A stretch of DNA of 64,000 nucleotides from a virus (Duplodnaviria; Heunggongvirae; Uroviricota; Caudoviricetes), in the IMG/VR virus record IMGVR_UViG_3300017917_002605, positions 46,471 through 110,470 of that record; one strand, given 5' to 3'. The notes under the pieces were generated by a model that made no database searches, was not told where the DNA came from, and saw only the letters and a list, made by a program, of their open reading frames with translations. Position 1 is the first letter of the stretch. Each line of letters begins with the position of its first letter. Positions 43,130 through 52,780 of this stretch are shown piece by piece. Both the position numbers and the translations under genes were made by a program.

Positions 43130-43204
43130 GCTCTTATAGTATAATGGTTATTACACATCCTTGGTAAGGCTGAGACACAAGTTCGATTCTTGTTAAGAGC
43201 ACCA
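43130..43204 (+). tRNA. tRNA-Thr (GGT)
   Basis: Loop TTGGTAA. Confidence 0.75.
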
Positions 43205-43207
43205 AAT

Positions 43208-43284
43208 CTCGCCGTGGTCTAATGGATTAAGGCAACGCTCTTCTAAAGCGTCCGATGGGGGTTCGAATCCCTCCGGCGAGGCCA
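43208..43284 (+). tRNA. tRNA-Arg (TCT), second copy
   Basis: ACGCT-CTTCTAA-AGCGT. Confidence 0.75.
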
Positions 43285-43293
43285 AATTTTAAA

Positions 43294-43312
43294 GTCATTC
43301 AAATTTTTAAAG
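43294..43312 (-). repeat. inverted copy of the conserved leader element (GTCATTCAAATTTTTAAAG)
   Basis: Reverse complement of CTTTAAAAATTTGAATGAC, lying between tRNA-Arg and tRNA-Leu. Confidence 0.5.
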
Positions 43313-43317
43313 TACAT

Positions 43318-43401
43318 GCGAGTGTGGTGGAACGGTATACACAGCAGACTTAAAATCTGCCGCCGCAAGGCTTGAGGGTTCGAATCCCTCCTCTCGCACC
43401 A
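43318..43401 (+). tRNA. tRNA-Leu (TAA), type II
   Basis: GCAGA-CTTAAAA-TCTGC. Confidence 0.8.
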
Positions 43402-43406
43402 TTTAT

Positions 43407-43483
<77 letters not shown>

Positions 43484-43538
43484 CTCCCCTACGATGTTGT
43501 AAAAATACAACACTCTCCCCTGCAAGTTTACCTAGGGC

Positions 43539-43566
43539 TTGCCATTCCCACCCAAACCTGTATAAT
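43539..43566 (+). promoter_or_regulatory. promoter-family member (GGCTTGCCA…CCTGTATAAT)
   Basis: Family consensus. Confidence 0.55.
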
Positions 43567-43593
43567 TACCTTATAAATTGATGAGGTAACGAA

Positions 43594-43797
43594 ATGTCTT
43601 GGAATCTTGAAGGTCAAAAAGTAGAAGGAAAGTATCTAAATTCGGATGCATACTTTTTTACTGGTACCGTGATTGAATCCCGTGTTAAGTACGGCGGCAA
43701 GGTTTGTAATACTATCGTTTTAGATAATCCCATCGAAGTTTTTGGTTCTGTTCGGAATACGATTTTGATGGATTCCGAGGAACTGGTTGTTGTTTAA
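43594..43797 (+). CDS. hypothetical protein
   Basis: Promoter cassette upstream. Confidence 0.5.
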   Translation: MSWNLEGQKVEGKYLNSDAYFFTGTVIESRVKYGGKVCNTIVLDNPIEVFGSVRNTILMDSEELVVV

Positions 43798-43879
43798 AAA
43801 CAACAGCTTACGGACTGGTTGCCAAACCTGCCGGAACCTGTATAATAGTACCTGTTGAGTTGATAAGGACACTGAAATG
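43797..43879 (+). promoter_or_regulatory. promoter-family member with upstream conserved element (AACAGCTTAC…CTGGTTGCCA) and conserved leader
   Basis: ~50 nt near-identical to 25678-25728; leader TTGAGTTGATAAGGACACTGAAATG. Confidence 0.6.
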
Positions 43880-44149
43880 ACTGCCATGACCGAATATACC
43901 CTTGAAGTTTACAAGATTGACCGCCGCACTAAAGCTGGTCGCCGTTTGATTGCAAAAGAAGAATTTGCTCCTGTAACCAAGGCTTATATTGAAGCTGTCG
44001 CAAATAAAAAGCGTAAGCTTGGTTTTGTTGTGGAAGTTTTTGAAACCTGGGTTACCAAAAAGAATATGATGACTGGAAAAGAATTTAAGGAAAAATATGA
44101 TACTCCTTATTTCTGCTCTCCCTCCTCTGAATCTTTTTGGTCAATGTAA
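43877..44149 (+). CDS. hypothetical protein
   Basis: Promoter plus conserved leader TTGAGTTGATAAGGACACTGAAATG. Confidence 0.55.
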   Translation: MTAMTEYTLEVYKIDRRTKAGRRLIAKEEFAPVTKAYIEAVANKKRKLGFVVEVFETWVTKKNMMTGKEFKEKYDTPYFCSPSSESFWSM

Positions 44150-44164
44150 TTAAAGGAATATATC

Positions 44165-44596
44165 ATGGCTTATATGTCTCAAGAAAAGAAAGCGAAAATC
44201 GTTGCTGCTGTTAAACCCATTCTGAAAAAGTATGGCATTAAAGGCACTTTCGCCGTTCGTAATCATTCTACCATTGTTCTGAATATTAAATCTGGTAAGA
44301 TTGACTTTATCGAAAATTATATTAAGACCGATAAAGAAAAACCTTACGCAAAATATATGTCGGATGACCAAGTCGCTTATATTCGCAAAAATAAAACTCT
44401 TGATGTTAATCCTTATTGGTATCAAGACCACTTTTCTGGTGTTGCCAAAAAGTTTCTGAGTGAAGTCCTGCCGACCATGAAGTCTGCTGGCGATTGGTAC
44501 GATAATTCGGATATTCAAACCGATTATTTTGATACCGCATTTTATGTTGATGTGAATATCGGTTCTTGGAAAAAGCCTTATGAGGTGACCGAATGA
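44165..44596 (+). CDS. hypothetical protein
   Basis: RBS AAAGGAATATATCATG. Confidence 0.55.
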   Translation: MAYMSQEKKAKIVAAVKPILKKYGIKGTFAVRNHSTIVLNIKSGKIDFIENYIKTDKEKPYAKYMSDDQVAYIRKNKTLDVNPYWYQDHFSGVAKKFLSEVLPTMKSAGDWYDNSDIQTDYFDTAFYVDVNIGSWKKPYEVTE

Positions 44597-44811
44597 TTCG
44601 GAATAAAGTTGAAAATAATGGACCTGTGGTGATTGATATTACCGGTCCTGACGGCAACGCTTTCGCTCTGATGGGTTATGCTAGCAGATTTGCCCGCCAA
44701 TTGGGCCTGGATGGTAGTAAAATAACCAAAGAAATGCGGTCAGGCGATTATGAAAACCTGTTGCAAGTTTTTGATAAGTATTTTGGTGATTATGTAATTC
44801 TGGAAAGATGA
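44593..44811 (+). CDS. hypothetical protein
   Basis: ATGA-coupled. Confidence 0.5.
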   Translation: MIRNKVENNGPVVIDITGPDGNAFALMGYASRFARQLGLDGSKITKEMRSGDYENLLQVFDKYFGDYVILER

Positions 44812-44812
44812 T

Positions 44813-45106
44813 ATGAGCAATGGTGTATATGTTCTAGTTACTAAAGATGGATACCGTGTGTCATACAGCGACAATTATGATGCCATGTTTGGTCCCTTTA
44901 TTGACGAAGGATTTAATTACCTACCAGAGCGTGATGAAATGAACCGTATTTTCGGTAAAAGTGAAGTGTATTCGACCGAAGATGCGGCTTTAAAAGTTGC
45001 CAATGACATAAGTAAGTTTTTTAACGAACTTGACGATGGTGTTATGTTCATTAACAATTATCCAGAATATACTTTTGAGGAATTGATAAGTGGCAACAAG
45101 ACGTAA
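44813..45106 (+). CDS. hypothetical protein
   Basis: ORF. Confidence 0.5.
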   Translation: MSNGVYVLVTKDGYRVSYSDNYDAMFGPFIDEGFNYLPERDEMNRIFGKSEVYSTEDAALKVANDISKFFNELDDGVMFINNYPEYTFEELISGNKT

Positions 45107-46178
45107 ATCTCTTGAGGAAATCGAAAAACAAATTACAGGCGGTGAACCACGTTTCACCGATTCTGTCGTTTCCGAAAGTGAAATGGCTCAGGCTTTGAAT
45201 TGGTATAGCCAAAACCGTGATTCGAAGCAGGCAACAAAATACATTAACGATTATCTCAAAAAACAAAAAATTAAATGTGGTGCTGAGGCAGTAAATAAAC
45301 AAATTACCACATTTGGTTTCCTTTGCCGTATGAAAAACAACGGCGCAAAGTTTTCGGAAAAGCATGATGCCAAATTCAAGGAATACCTTGATGATATGCT
45401 TGCTCTGAAAGAGAAACCAGTTAAAGTTGTAGAAGAAAAGAAACCGACCGTTTCAATTCAAGACCGTGTTGCCGAAAAAGTGGCAGAAATGTGCGGTGAA
45501 TTGGAAGGTTCAATTGATGATTACATACTGAGCGGTTTCAAAAACAATCCTTCACCTTACGGCATAATGCATGGCATGAATGTAAAAGCTATGCACGCCA
45601 AGGCTATTGCAGAATGGTTTAAAAAGCGCCGTGCTGAATTTGATGAAGTTTTAACGACCAGCGATAAGCAGTTGATTGAAGGATATTCCAATTTCAAAAA
45701 GACTGAGCTCAAAAAATTGGTTGCCTGGTGTGACCAGGTTCTTACCGATTGCGTTAAAATCACAGGTGAAGCCAAGGTCACACGCAAGCCAAGGAAACGC
45801 AAGGAGAAGTCTCCAGACCAGTTGGTTGCCAATGTTAAGTACCTGGAATCCGATGACACTTATAAATTGAAGTCGGTTGCCCCACGTGATATCATTGGTG
45901 CCATGCAGGTTTGGGTATTCAACGTGAAATACAAACGCCTGTCGGTTTATAATGCGGAAGATGCAATGGGTTTTTCTATCAAGGGAACCACTTTGCAGAA
46001 TTTCAGTGAATCGAAATCTATTACCAAAACATTGAGAAAACCTGAAGTGACATTGCCAGAAGTTTTAAAAGGCGGCAAGGTTGTGTTGCGTAATCTCATG
46101 GACAATCTGACCACAAAGCCTATGGAAGCAAATGGTCGTTTGAACAATGAAACTATTATTTTGAGGATTGTAAAATGA
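45090..46178 (+). CDS. hypothetical protein (362 aa; GTG start after a GAGGA RBS)
   Basis: Long ORF; first in-frame ATG would be at 45186. Confidence 0.5.
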   Translation: MATRRKSLEEIEKQITGGEPRFTDSVVSESEMAQALNWYSQNRDSKQATKYINDYLKKQKIKCGAEAVNKQITTFGFLCRMKNNGAKFSEKHDAKFKEYLDDMLALKEKPVKVVEEKKPTVSIQDRVAEKVAEMCGELEGSIDDYILSGFKNNPSPYGIMHGMNVKAMHAKAIAEWFKKRRAEFDEVLTTSDKQLIEGYSNFKKTELKKLVAWCDQVLTDCVKITGEAKVTRKPRKRKEKSPDQLVANVKYLESDDTYKLKSVAPRDIIGAMQVWVFNVKYKRLSVYNAEDAMGFSIKGTTLQNFSESKSITKTLRKPEVTLPEVLKGGKVVLRNLMDNLTTKPMEANGRLNNETIILRIVK

Positions 46179-46618
46179 GTTACGAATATGATTATGGTCG
46201 GTATGAAGAAATGCTGCTTAAGCACTTAGAGAGCATGTGGCGTGACCCTGATTACCTACAGATTGGTGAAAACATTTCAGACACACCAGAAATCAAAATC
46301 ATTTTTGATGGGTATGCTGATTTGGAAACCGAAGATGAATATATCGAAGGTGGCGACAAGAATCTAGAATCGTATGCTATCTTTATTCACAAAGATTCCG
46401 GCCAAGAAGGTTTTCAATTTCCCGAGCATGAATTGACACCTTGGGCACTGATTCACCGTCCTAAGGAAGAAGTTTGTATTTACGCTTGGTATAATGTCGA
46501 AGAAGATGAATGGGACATTATGATGTTGGAAAATACCAGCGAGCATGAAATGTCCGATGAACAGGTTATGGAAATTCTTGAAATCCTGGACAAACGATAT
46601 TCAGGTGAACAAGACTGA
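46175..46618 (+). CDS. acidic hypothetical protein
   Basis: ATGA-coupled. Confidence 0.5.
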   Translation: MSYEYDYGRYEEMLLKHLESMWRDPDYLQIGENISDTPEIKIIFDGYADLETEDEYIEGGDKNLESYAIFIHKDSGQEGFQFPEHELTPWALIHRPKEEVCIYAWYNVEEDEWDIMMLENTSEHEMSDEQVMEILEILDKRYSGEQD

Positions 46619-46621
46619 TTA

Positions 46622-46653
46622 TTGCCGCACCTTACAACTTTTTGTGATATAAT
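46622..46653 (+). promoter_or_regulatory. possible promoter TTGCCG…GATATAAT upstream of rnh
   Basis: Non-optimal spacing. Confidence 0.3.
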
Positions 46654-46659
46654 GATATT

Positions 46660-47502
46660 ATGATTATTTTTGACTTTAACCAAATTGTTATTGCCAACCT
46701 GATGGAACAGATTGGTTCATCCAAGGCGCCTGTTGAAGAATCGTTGGTTCGCCATATGATTCTAAACAGCATTCGTGCTAATGTGAAAAAGTTTCGTGAG
46801 TTTGGCGATGTGGTCATTGCTTGCGACAACAAACGTTATTGGCGCCGTGAAGTATTTCCTCCATACAAAGCACACCGCAAGAAAAACCGTGATTCTTCCG
46901 GCCATGATTGGGCATCCATTTTTGAATGCCTTGCCAAGGTGAAAGAAGAACTGAAAAACAATTCGCCTTACAAGGTGATTGATGTTGATGGTGCTGAGGC
47001 AGACGATATCATTGGTGTGTTGACCAAACTGTATTCACCACACGAAAAGATTATGATTCTGTCCTCTGATAAGGACTTTGTTCAACTGCAAGTCAATCCA
47101 AACGTTGTACAATATTCTCCTACATTGAAGAAGTACATTAAGACGGATGATGCGAAAAAGCAACTCAAACAATTGATTCTTGATGGCGATAAAGGTGATG
47201 GCATTCCCAACATCCTTTCACCTGATAATTGTATTGTTGAAGGTGTTCGCCAGAAACCACTGACACAAAAACGACTTGATGAATTGATGAATATGGTTGT
47301 GCCTAACGAAGGCACAGATGAACTCAAACGTAATTGGGCTCGTAACGAATCTTTGATTGACCTATCATTTATTCCTGAGAAGATTGTGGAAAGTATCATA
47401 GATACATATAACAATACAAAGCCTGCCACAAGGCAGCAATTTATGAACTACATGATTGCTAATCGATTGAAAAATCTGTTGGAAGTCATCGATGAATTTT
47501 AA
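46660..47502 (+). CDS. rnh: RNase H / 5'-3' exonuclease (T4 rnh-like flap endonuclease)
   Basis: Collinear with T4 RNase H (…ILNSI…NVKK…D…DD…SSDKDF…). Confidence 0.85.
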   Translation: MIIFDFNQIVIANLMEQIGSSKAPVEESLVRHMILNSIRANVKKFREFGDVVIACDNKRYWRREVFPPYKAHRKKNRDSSGHDWASIFECLAKVKEELKNNSPYKVIDVDGAEADDIIGVLTKLYSPHEKIMILSSDKDFVQLQVNPNVVQYSPTLKKYIKTDDAKKQLKQLILDGDKGDGIPNILSPDNCIVEGVRQKPLTQKRLDELMNMVVPNEGTDELKRNWARNESLIDLSFIPEKIVESIIDTYNNTKPATRQQFMNYMIANRLKNLLEVIDEF

Positions 47503-47513
47503 AATGGAAAATT

Positions 47514-47948
47514 ATGGGTGCATTTAAATTATATTCCGAAATCCTTGAAGATTTCGAAGAAGCTCCAACACGTACCGAAAAAATGGCCGTGCTTCGCAAG
47601 CATGACCATTTCTTTTTTCGGGAATTTTTGACGATTGCATTTCATCCAGAGATTAAAATTGATGTTGAGATACCCGAGTATCGACCTTCAATTGAACCTG
47701 CTGGATTGAATCACACGTATCTTGACCAAGAAATGAAAAAGATGTATATCTACATGGTTGGTCACCCTAAACGTCCTGCCGGACTCACACCAGAAAAACA
47801 ATCACGACAATTGTTGGTCACACTTGAATCTTTGCATCGTGATGAAGCTGCATTGCTCGTTAAGATGTTAAAGAAAAATTTGGATGTTAAATTTCTAACA
47901 CCAAAATTAATTCAAGAGGCCTTGCCAGGTATCAATCTAGGAGTTTGA
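47514..47948 (+). CDS. hypothetical protein
   Basis: ORF. Confidence 0.5.
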   Translation: MGAFKLYSEILEDFEEAPTRTEKMAVLRKHDHFFFREFLTIAFHPEIKIDVEIPEYRPSIEPAGLNHTYLDQEMKKMYIYMVGHPKRPAGLTPEKQSRQLLVTLESLHRDEAALLVKMLKKNLDVKFLTPKLIQEALPGINLGV

Positions 47949-47949
47949 T

Positions 47950-48705
47950 ATGAAGGTTGTTGTGGTCTCTGGCGGTTTCGACCCAATACACTCCGGACAC
48001 ATCGAGTTGCTTCACCGTGCTAAAGCACTAGGTGATTATCTCATTGTGGGTGTTAATTCTGATGATTGGTTGACCAGGAAAAAAGGTCGACCATTCATGC
48101 GTTGGAACGACCGAGCAGGTATCATTTACAACCTAAAAATGGTTGATGAAGTCTATCATATCAACGATGAAGATGGTACCGCTTGCGATGTTATTCAATA
48201 TGCACAAACAAAATTTCCATCGTCAGAAATAATTTTTGCTAACGGTGGTGACCGAACACAAGATAACATTCCAGAAATGAAAATGCGTGGAGTGAAATTT
48301 GTGTTTGGTGTCGGTGGTGATTATAAGATGAATTCAAGCTCTTGGATTCTTGACCAGTGGACACATCCGAAAACCTATAGGACTTGGGGTTACTATCGTG
48401 TGTTACATGAGATTCCAGGAATGAAAGTCAAAGAATTGACCGTTGACCCTGGTGCAGCATTGAGTATGCAGAGACATTCTGGTAGAAATGAATTTTGGAT
48501 TGTTTCTGAAGGTGAATGTATTGTACACCGAGCAATGACAAGTGGTTATACGATGCCTTCAGCTGTACTGAAGAAACACGACCAATTAAATATTCCTGTT
48601 GGTGAATGGCACCAACTTGTAAATCCGCACGATGAACCTTGCAAAATTGTTGAGGTTCAATTCGGTGATTATTGTAAAGAAGATGATATAGAAAGAAAGA
48701 TATGA
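47950..48705 (+). CDS. nucleotidyltransferase (cytidylyl/adenylyl-transferase HIGH motif) fused to a C-terminal cupin domain
   Basis: GGFDPIHSGH…; C-terminal cupin-like β-barrel motifs. Confidence 0.6.
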   Translation: MKVVVVSGGFDPIHSGHIELLHRAKALGDYLIVGVNSDDWLTRKKGRPFMRWNDRAGIIYNLKMVDEVYHINDEDGTACDVIQYAQTKFPSSEIIFANGGDRTQDNIPEMKMRGVKFVFGVGGDYKMNSSSWILDQWTHPKTYRTWGYYRVLHEIPGMKVKELTVDPGAALSMQRHSGRNEFWIVSEGECIVHRAMTSGYTMPSAVLKKHDQLNIPVGEWHQLVNPHDEPCKIVEVQFGDYCKEDDIERKI

Positions 48706-48887
48706 CCAAAGCACACTGGGAAGGCGGAACTGGTGGCAAAGGAAGTGCCCCACGCCGAATGGAAATTTCACAAGATGAATGGGCTAACAGATGGGATGCC
48801 ATCTTCCAACGTGACCTAAAAGAGGAAAATAAAGATAATGAAAGTAGCAGTGATAACACCGACAATCGGAAGTCCTCTACTGAGTGA
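48702..48887 (+). CDS. small hypothetical protein (overlaps the start of the GT gene)
   Basis: ATGA-coupled, but 50-nt out-of-frame overlap. Confidence 0.3.
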   Translation: MTKAHWEGGTGGKGSAPRRMEISQDEWANRWDAIFQRDLKEENKDNESSSDNTDNRKSSTE

Positions 48888-49593
48888 TTGCCTCCGTTCG
48901 GTTGATAAACAAACTTACAAAGATTTAACTCATTACATTTTTGTCGATGGTATCACCAACAACAAAAAAGTTTCTGAACAAATTGAAGGTGCCACTAAGG
49001 TAAAAACTATTACCTTAGAGGAGAACATTGGTAAAGGATGGTATGGGCATAGAGTTTACGCAGCTTGTTCATTTCTTGTCAATGCTGACATTATCGTTTA
49101 TCTTGACGAAGACAATTGGTTTGAACCATGCCATGTTGAAAAACTTGTTGGTAAGATTCGTGAAGGAAATGATTGGGCGTATTCGTTAAGGAAAATTTAT
49201 GATAAAGAAGGAAACTTTCTCTGTGAAGACAATTGTGAATCGTTGGGTAAATGGCCTACGTATTTTGACGCTAACACATTTCACGTTGATACATCAAGTT
49301 TTGCAATACGCCGTGATATTGCTGTTCGGATTGGTCATGCTTGGTACGGCCAATGGGGCGCCGATAGACAATTCTTTCATGCGCTAAAACACCACTTTCC
49401 AAAGTTTGATTGTACCTATGCACATACAATGTGTTATCGATTGGATGGAAATCCAAATTCGGTGACAAAGCAATTCTTCGATGAAGGTAACGCAATCAAT
49501 TCACGTAAATACAACAACGAATTTCCATGGAAAAAACAGCACTTATTACAGGCGGCTCCGGATACCTCGGGAGTCATCTATCTAAAGACCTAA
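48838..49593 (+). CDS. family 2 glycosyltransferase
   Basis: VITPT…N-terminal GT-A fold; DxD-like YLDEDN. Confidence 0.65.
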   Translation: MKVAVITPTIGSPLLSDCLRSVDKQTYKDLTHYIFVDGITNNKKVSEQIEGATKVKTITLEENIGKGWYGHRVYAACSFLVNADIIVYLDEDNWFEPCHVEKLVGKIREGNDWAYSLRKIYDKEGNFLCEDNCESLGKWPTYFDANTFHVDTSSFAIRRDIAVRIGHAWYGQWGADRQFFHALKHHFPKFDCTYAHTMCYRLDGNPNSVTKQFFDEGNAINSRKYNNEFPWKKQHLLQAAPDTSGVIYLKT

Positions 49594-50468
49594 AGAAACA
49601 GGGATGGAATGTTGTAAACTACGACATTAAACAACCCGAACACAAGTTTTACGATATCTATTATCCTGGTGACATTCGTGACCGTGGCCGAGTGAATGAT
49701 GTACTAAGCCGACACAAGTACGACCTGGTAATTCATTGTGCTTCACGTATTGAGGTTGGTGAGTCCATGAAGAACCCAACCGAATTCCATGAAGTGAATG
49801 TTGGTGGCACTGCCATCCTTTTGAATGCTATGAAGAAGAACAAGATTGATACAATTCTTTTTAGTTCTACGGCAGCGGTGTATCTGACCGGACCTTTTCC
49901 TATTCCTGAAGATGAATGCACCACACCAGACAATTCTGTTTATGGTTCTACAAAAATTGCTTGTGAGAACATGATTATGGAGTCTGGTCTTAAATACGGT
50001 ATCTTCCGCTACTTCAATCTTGCTGGTGCTCATCCTGACGGTGATATAGGAGAGAATCACGACCCCGAAACACACCTGATACCATGCATTCTAGGAAATC
50101 TAAATAATTTCAAGATTTTCGGTAATGACTATAATACCGAGGATGGAACTTGTGTTCGTGATTATGTTCATGTTTGTGATGTTGCTGAAGCACATCTACT
50201 GGCCATAGAACACTTGAAAGAACACGATTCATTTATTGTTAATTTAGGAACAGGAACAGGTTATTCAATTTTACAGATTGTGAAGTTGATTCAGTATGAT
50301 TTGGGCAAAACGGTAAATTACCAGTTTGCCGAAAGACGGGCAGGTGACCCCGATAAGTTAGTTGCCGACATAACTCTTGCCAAAAAACTGTTGAATTACC
50401 GACCAAAGCATGATATACTCTCCATTCTCAGGACAGCTAACCAATGGCAAGAAAGAAATGAAAGATAA
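49527..50468 (+). CDS. NAD-dependent sugar epimerase/dehydratase (GalE-like)
   Basis: TGGSGYLGSHL Rossmann motif; YGSTK catalytic YxxxK. Confidence 0.8.
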   Translation: MEKTALITGGSGYLGSHLSKDLKKQGWNVVNYDIKQPEHKFYDIYYPGDIRDRGRVNDVLSRHKYDLVIHCASRIEVGESMKNPTEFHEVNVGGTAILLNAMKKNKIDTILFSSTAAVYLTGPFPIPEDECTTPDNSVYGSTKIACENMIMESGLKYGIFRYFNLAGAHPDGDIGENHDPETHLIPCILGNLNNFKIFGNDYNTEDGTCVRDYVHVCDVAEAHLLAIEHLKEHDSFIVNLGTGTGYSILQIVKLIQYDLGKTVNYQFAERRAGDPDKLVADITLAKKLLNYRPKHDILSILRTANQWQERNER

Positions 50469-51030
50469 CCTCTTAGATTTGGATTTGGGTGGTGCTCAGG
50501 AAAAGATTCAACTTAAATTTCTTGACAACCACATACATTTTATTACCGGCGAAATCGATGAGGACAATATTCGTGATGCAATTCAGTGGATTCTTTACGA
50601 AAACCTAGACAAGTCGAAACCCAAACTTTTACAACTTTACATCAACAGCACCGGCGGCAATCTATACGATGCGTTCGGTCTGATTGATATTATGAAACGA
50701 AGCTATCATCCAATCCGTACAATCGGGTTAGGTTCAATTATGTCAGCTGCCTTCCTTATTTTTGCTTCAGGTAAAAAAGGCGAAAGGTATGTTGCACCAA
50801 ATACAGGCATCATGTGCCATCAGTTTTCAAACGAGCAAGAAGGTAAGTATCACGATATTAAAGCTCAAGTGAAAGAGAACGAAAACTGTAACCAACGAAT
50901 GGTGAATATTTTGCGTGAGGCAACTGGTCTGGAAACACGCATCATTAAATCAAAACTCCTTCCGGCATCCGATGTATGGTTGACGGCAGAAGAATTGATT
51001 GAACTAAACATTGCAGACCACATTCTTTAA
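50458..51030 (+). CDS. ClpP-like serine protease
   Basis: Collinear with ClpP (…YINS.GG….D.M……GL..S..A..L.AG.KG.R….N….HQ…). Confidence 0.7.
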   Translation: MKDNLLDLDLGGAQEKIQLKFLDNHIHFITGEIDEDNIRDAIQWILYENLDKSKPKLLQLYINSTGGNLYDAFGLIDIMKRSYHPIRTIGLGSIMSAAFLIFASGKKGERYVAPNTGIMCHQFSNEQEGKYHDIKAQVKENENCNQRMVNILREATGLETRIIKSKLLPASDVWLTAEELIELNIADHIL

Positions 51031-51180
51031 CCTAACCCACTAAAATGATTAGCAACAAATTTGTTGAGAAATTCAGCAAAAAGAAGAACCGCAACTATGA
51101 CGAAGACGATGGTCCGATGACCGTTAAGAAGTTCAAGTCAAAAAATAAAAAACCACAAAGGTTCAATGACGAGGAAGACT

Positions 51181-51348
51181 ATGAGTATCCAAGAAACACT
51201 AAGAAAACAAATCGCCGAGATTGAGCGAAGAATTTCTGAGGATAAGGAAGATGTTGAGTCCTTGAAAAGAGTCCTGCAGCAATTGAGAATGCAGGAGTTT
51301 GAGGAAGACCTCCGTGAGAGTGATAACCGTCAATTCCTAAGAGACTAA
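51181..51348 (+). CDS. small coiled-coil protein
   Basis: RBS GAGGAAG; overlaps an alternative 59-aa basic ORF at 51045-51224. Confidence 0.4.
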   Translation: MSIQETLRKQIAEIERRISEDKEDVESLKRVLQQLRMQEFEEDLRESDNRQFLRD

Positions 51349-51417
51349 AAAGCTCTTTAAAATCAAGAGCTTACGGAGGGCTTGCCAGACTGGCCCGTTT
51401 GTGTTAGGATACGTATT

Positions 51418-51831
51418 ATGTATCAAATACTCAAAGAAATTACAGTCTGGAATACCGACTATTCGGTATGTAACCACACTTACCTTCTGGACGGTGACCG
51501 AATTATTGCCTACATTAAAGACGGCGATGATTCGGAAACCGTTAATCTTATTCCTTCCCGTATGCGGATTGACAAGCGCTACCGAAAATTCGTGCCTGTC
51601 AAAAACGCCGCACTACAAAAACTAATACCCAAACAAGTTAATACTAACGTTCGCATTTTCAAAGTAAAATCTAATACTAAAGAATACATTGTCGAACTAA
51701 AAGACAATACAAAGTATTCATGTACCTGTACAGGATTTACTTTCCGTGGAAAATGTAAACATATTACTGCTGTTGCACAAAAACAACAAGCGGTTCAAGG
51801 GGGCTTGCCGTCCTCACCGGTACCTGTATAA
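51418..51831 (+). CDS. SWIM-type zinc-finger protein
   Basis: CTCTGFTFRGKCKHI (CxC…CxH). Confidence 0.5.
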   Translation: MYQILKEITVWNTDYSVCNHTYLLDGDRIIAYIKDGDDSETVNLIPSRMRIDKRYRKFVPVKNAALQKLIPKQVNTNVRIFKVKSNTKEYIVELKDNTKYSCTCTGFTFRGKCKHITAVAQKQQAVQGGLPSSPVPV

Positions 51832-51865
51832 TTGAATTTATTGAGTTGATAAGGACATTGAAATG
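51805..51865 (+). promoter_or_regulatory. promoter-family member plus conserved leader
   Basis: GGGCTTGCCG-N16-TGTATAAT then TTGAGTTGATAAGGACATTGAAATG. Confidence 0.6.
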
Positions 51866-52120
51866 ACTGAATTTGAGCAAAAGTGTTATGGTATGACCGA
51901 AGCTGACATCCGTGAAGAATACATGGAATCCATTACTGCTCGTTTTTCAGGAATGGAAATGGTTGTGATGGGTATTTTGTCTGACTGTCAAGAAATGATG
52001 GCGATGAAAAATCCCACGATTCCTTCTCCGAATACCGATGAGCGCATTCGCAAGCAGCTGAATGTCGCCAAGTTTATCCTGTCTGAAATGATGGACGAAA
52101 AGCGTAAGGAACTGGCATGA
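51863..52120 (+). CDS. hypothetical protein
   Basis: Promoter plus conserved leader TTGAGTTGATAAGGACATTGAAATG. Confidence 0.55.
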   Translation: MTEFEQKCYGMTEADIREEYMESITARFSGMEMVVMGILSDCQEMMAMKNPTIPSPNTDERIRKQLNVAKFILSEMMDEKRKELA

Positions 52121-52443
52121 AATTTGTTTCTGTAATTCCCACCAATGGCAAAGGCCTTTGGTCTGATGTTGCCAAAAATGTTAAGACCACCAGTATTGAT
52201 GTACCTTATATTAATGAGGAACAATCCTTTGGTGAGCTTCGTGTGTATTTTGACACAAAAACATGGGACACCAATGAAGACGGTTTGATTTATACCGACC
52301 CATTATTTTTGTCGGAACTCAAGCTTTTGCTGAATAATGAAAGTCTTGCTGGTTCGGATGTAACATATTCTGAGCAAGGAATGCAAGGCGATGATTATGT
52401 TAGTTTTGATGTTGGTGCCGATTTTATCAAGTCATGGCTATAA
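52117..52443 (+). CDS. hypothetical protein
   Basis: ATGA-coupled. Confidence 0.5.
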   Translation: MKFVSVIPTNGKGLWSDVAKNVKTTSIDVPYINEEQSFGELRVYFDTKTWDTNEDGLIYTDPLFLSELKLLLNNESLAGSDVTYSEQGMQGDDYVSFDVGADFIKSWL

Positions 52444-52778
52444 TCTATACAAATCAACGGTCGAAGAAAAAGTCTAAGACTAAAAAAGAAATTGCAGAAT
52501 ACCAGGCTTGGCTTGATTCTGTAAAATCTCAAACCACAAATTTTTCTGGTCGATACGGTAAAGTGAAAGCTGTTAATCCGTTGAAGGCACCAGAACCATA
52601 TCGCCGTGAAACACCACATTATCCTAGTTTGAATTCTGGTTATCACGATACTACAAAGAAAGCTGCGCCGGTTTATACTGGCGACAAAATGATTGGTATT
52701 GGTACGTTGCACAAGTCTAACGCTGTGCCGATTTTCAATACCGAAGATGCTCAAGAGCAAGCAAAGATGCGGAGATAA
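52434..52778 (+). CDS. basic hypothetical protein
   Basis: ORF. Confidence 0.5.
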   Translation: MAIIYTNQRSKKKSKTKKEIAEYQAWLDSVKSQTTNFSGRYGKVKAVNPLKAPEPYRRETPHYPSLNSGYHDTTKKAAPVYTGDKMIGIGTLHKSNAVPIFNTEDAQEQAKMRR

Positions 52779-52780
52779 TT

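Noticed and set aside
51045-51224. 59-aa basic low-complexity ORF overlapping 51181-51348
   Set aside because: No RBS. The overlapping coiled-coil ORF has a GAGGAAG RBS. Only one of the two is likely real.
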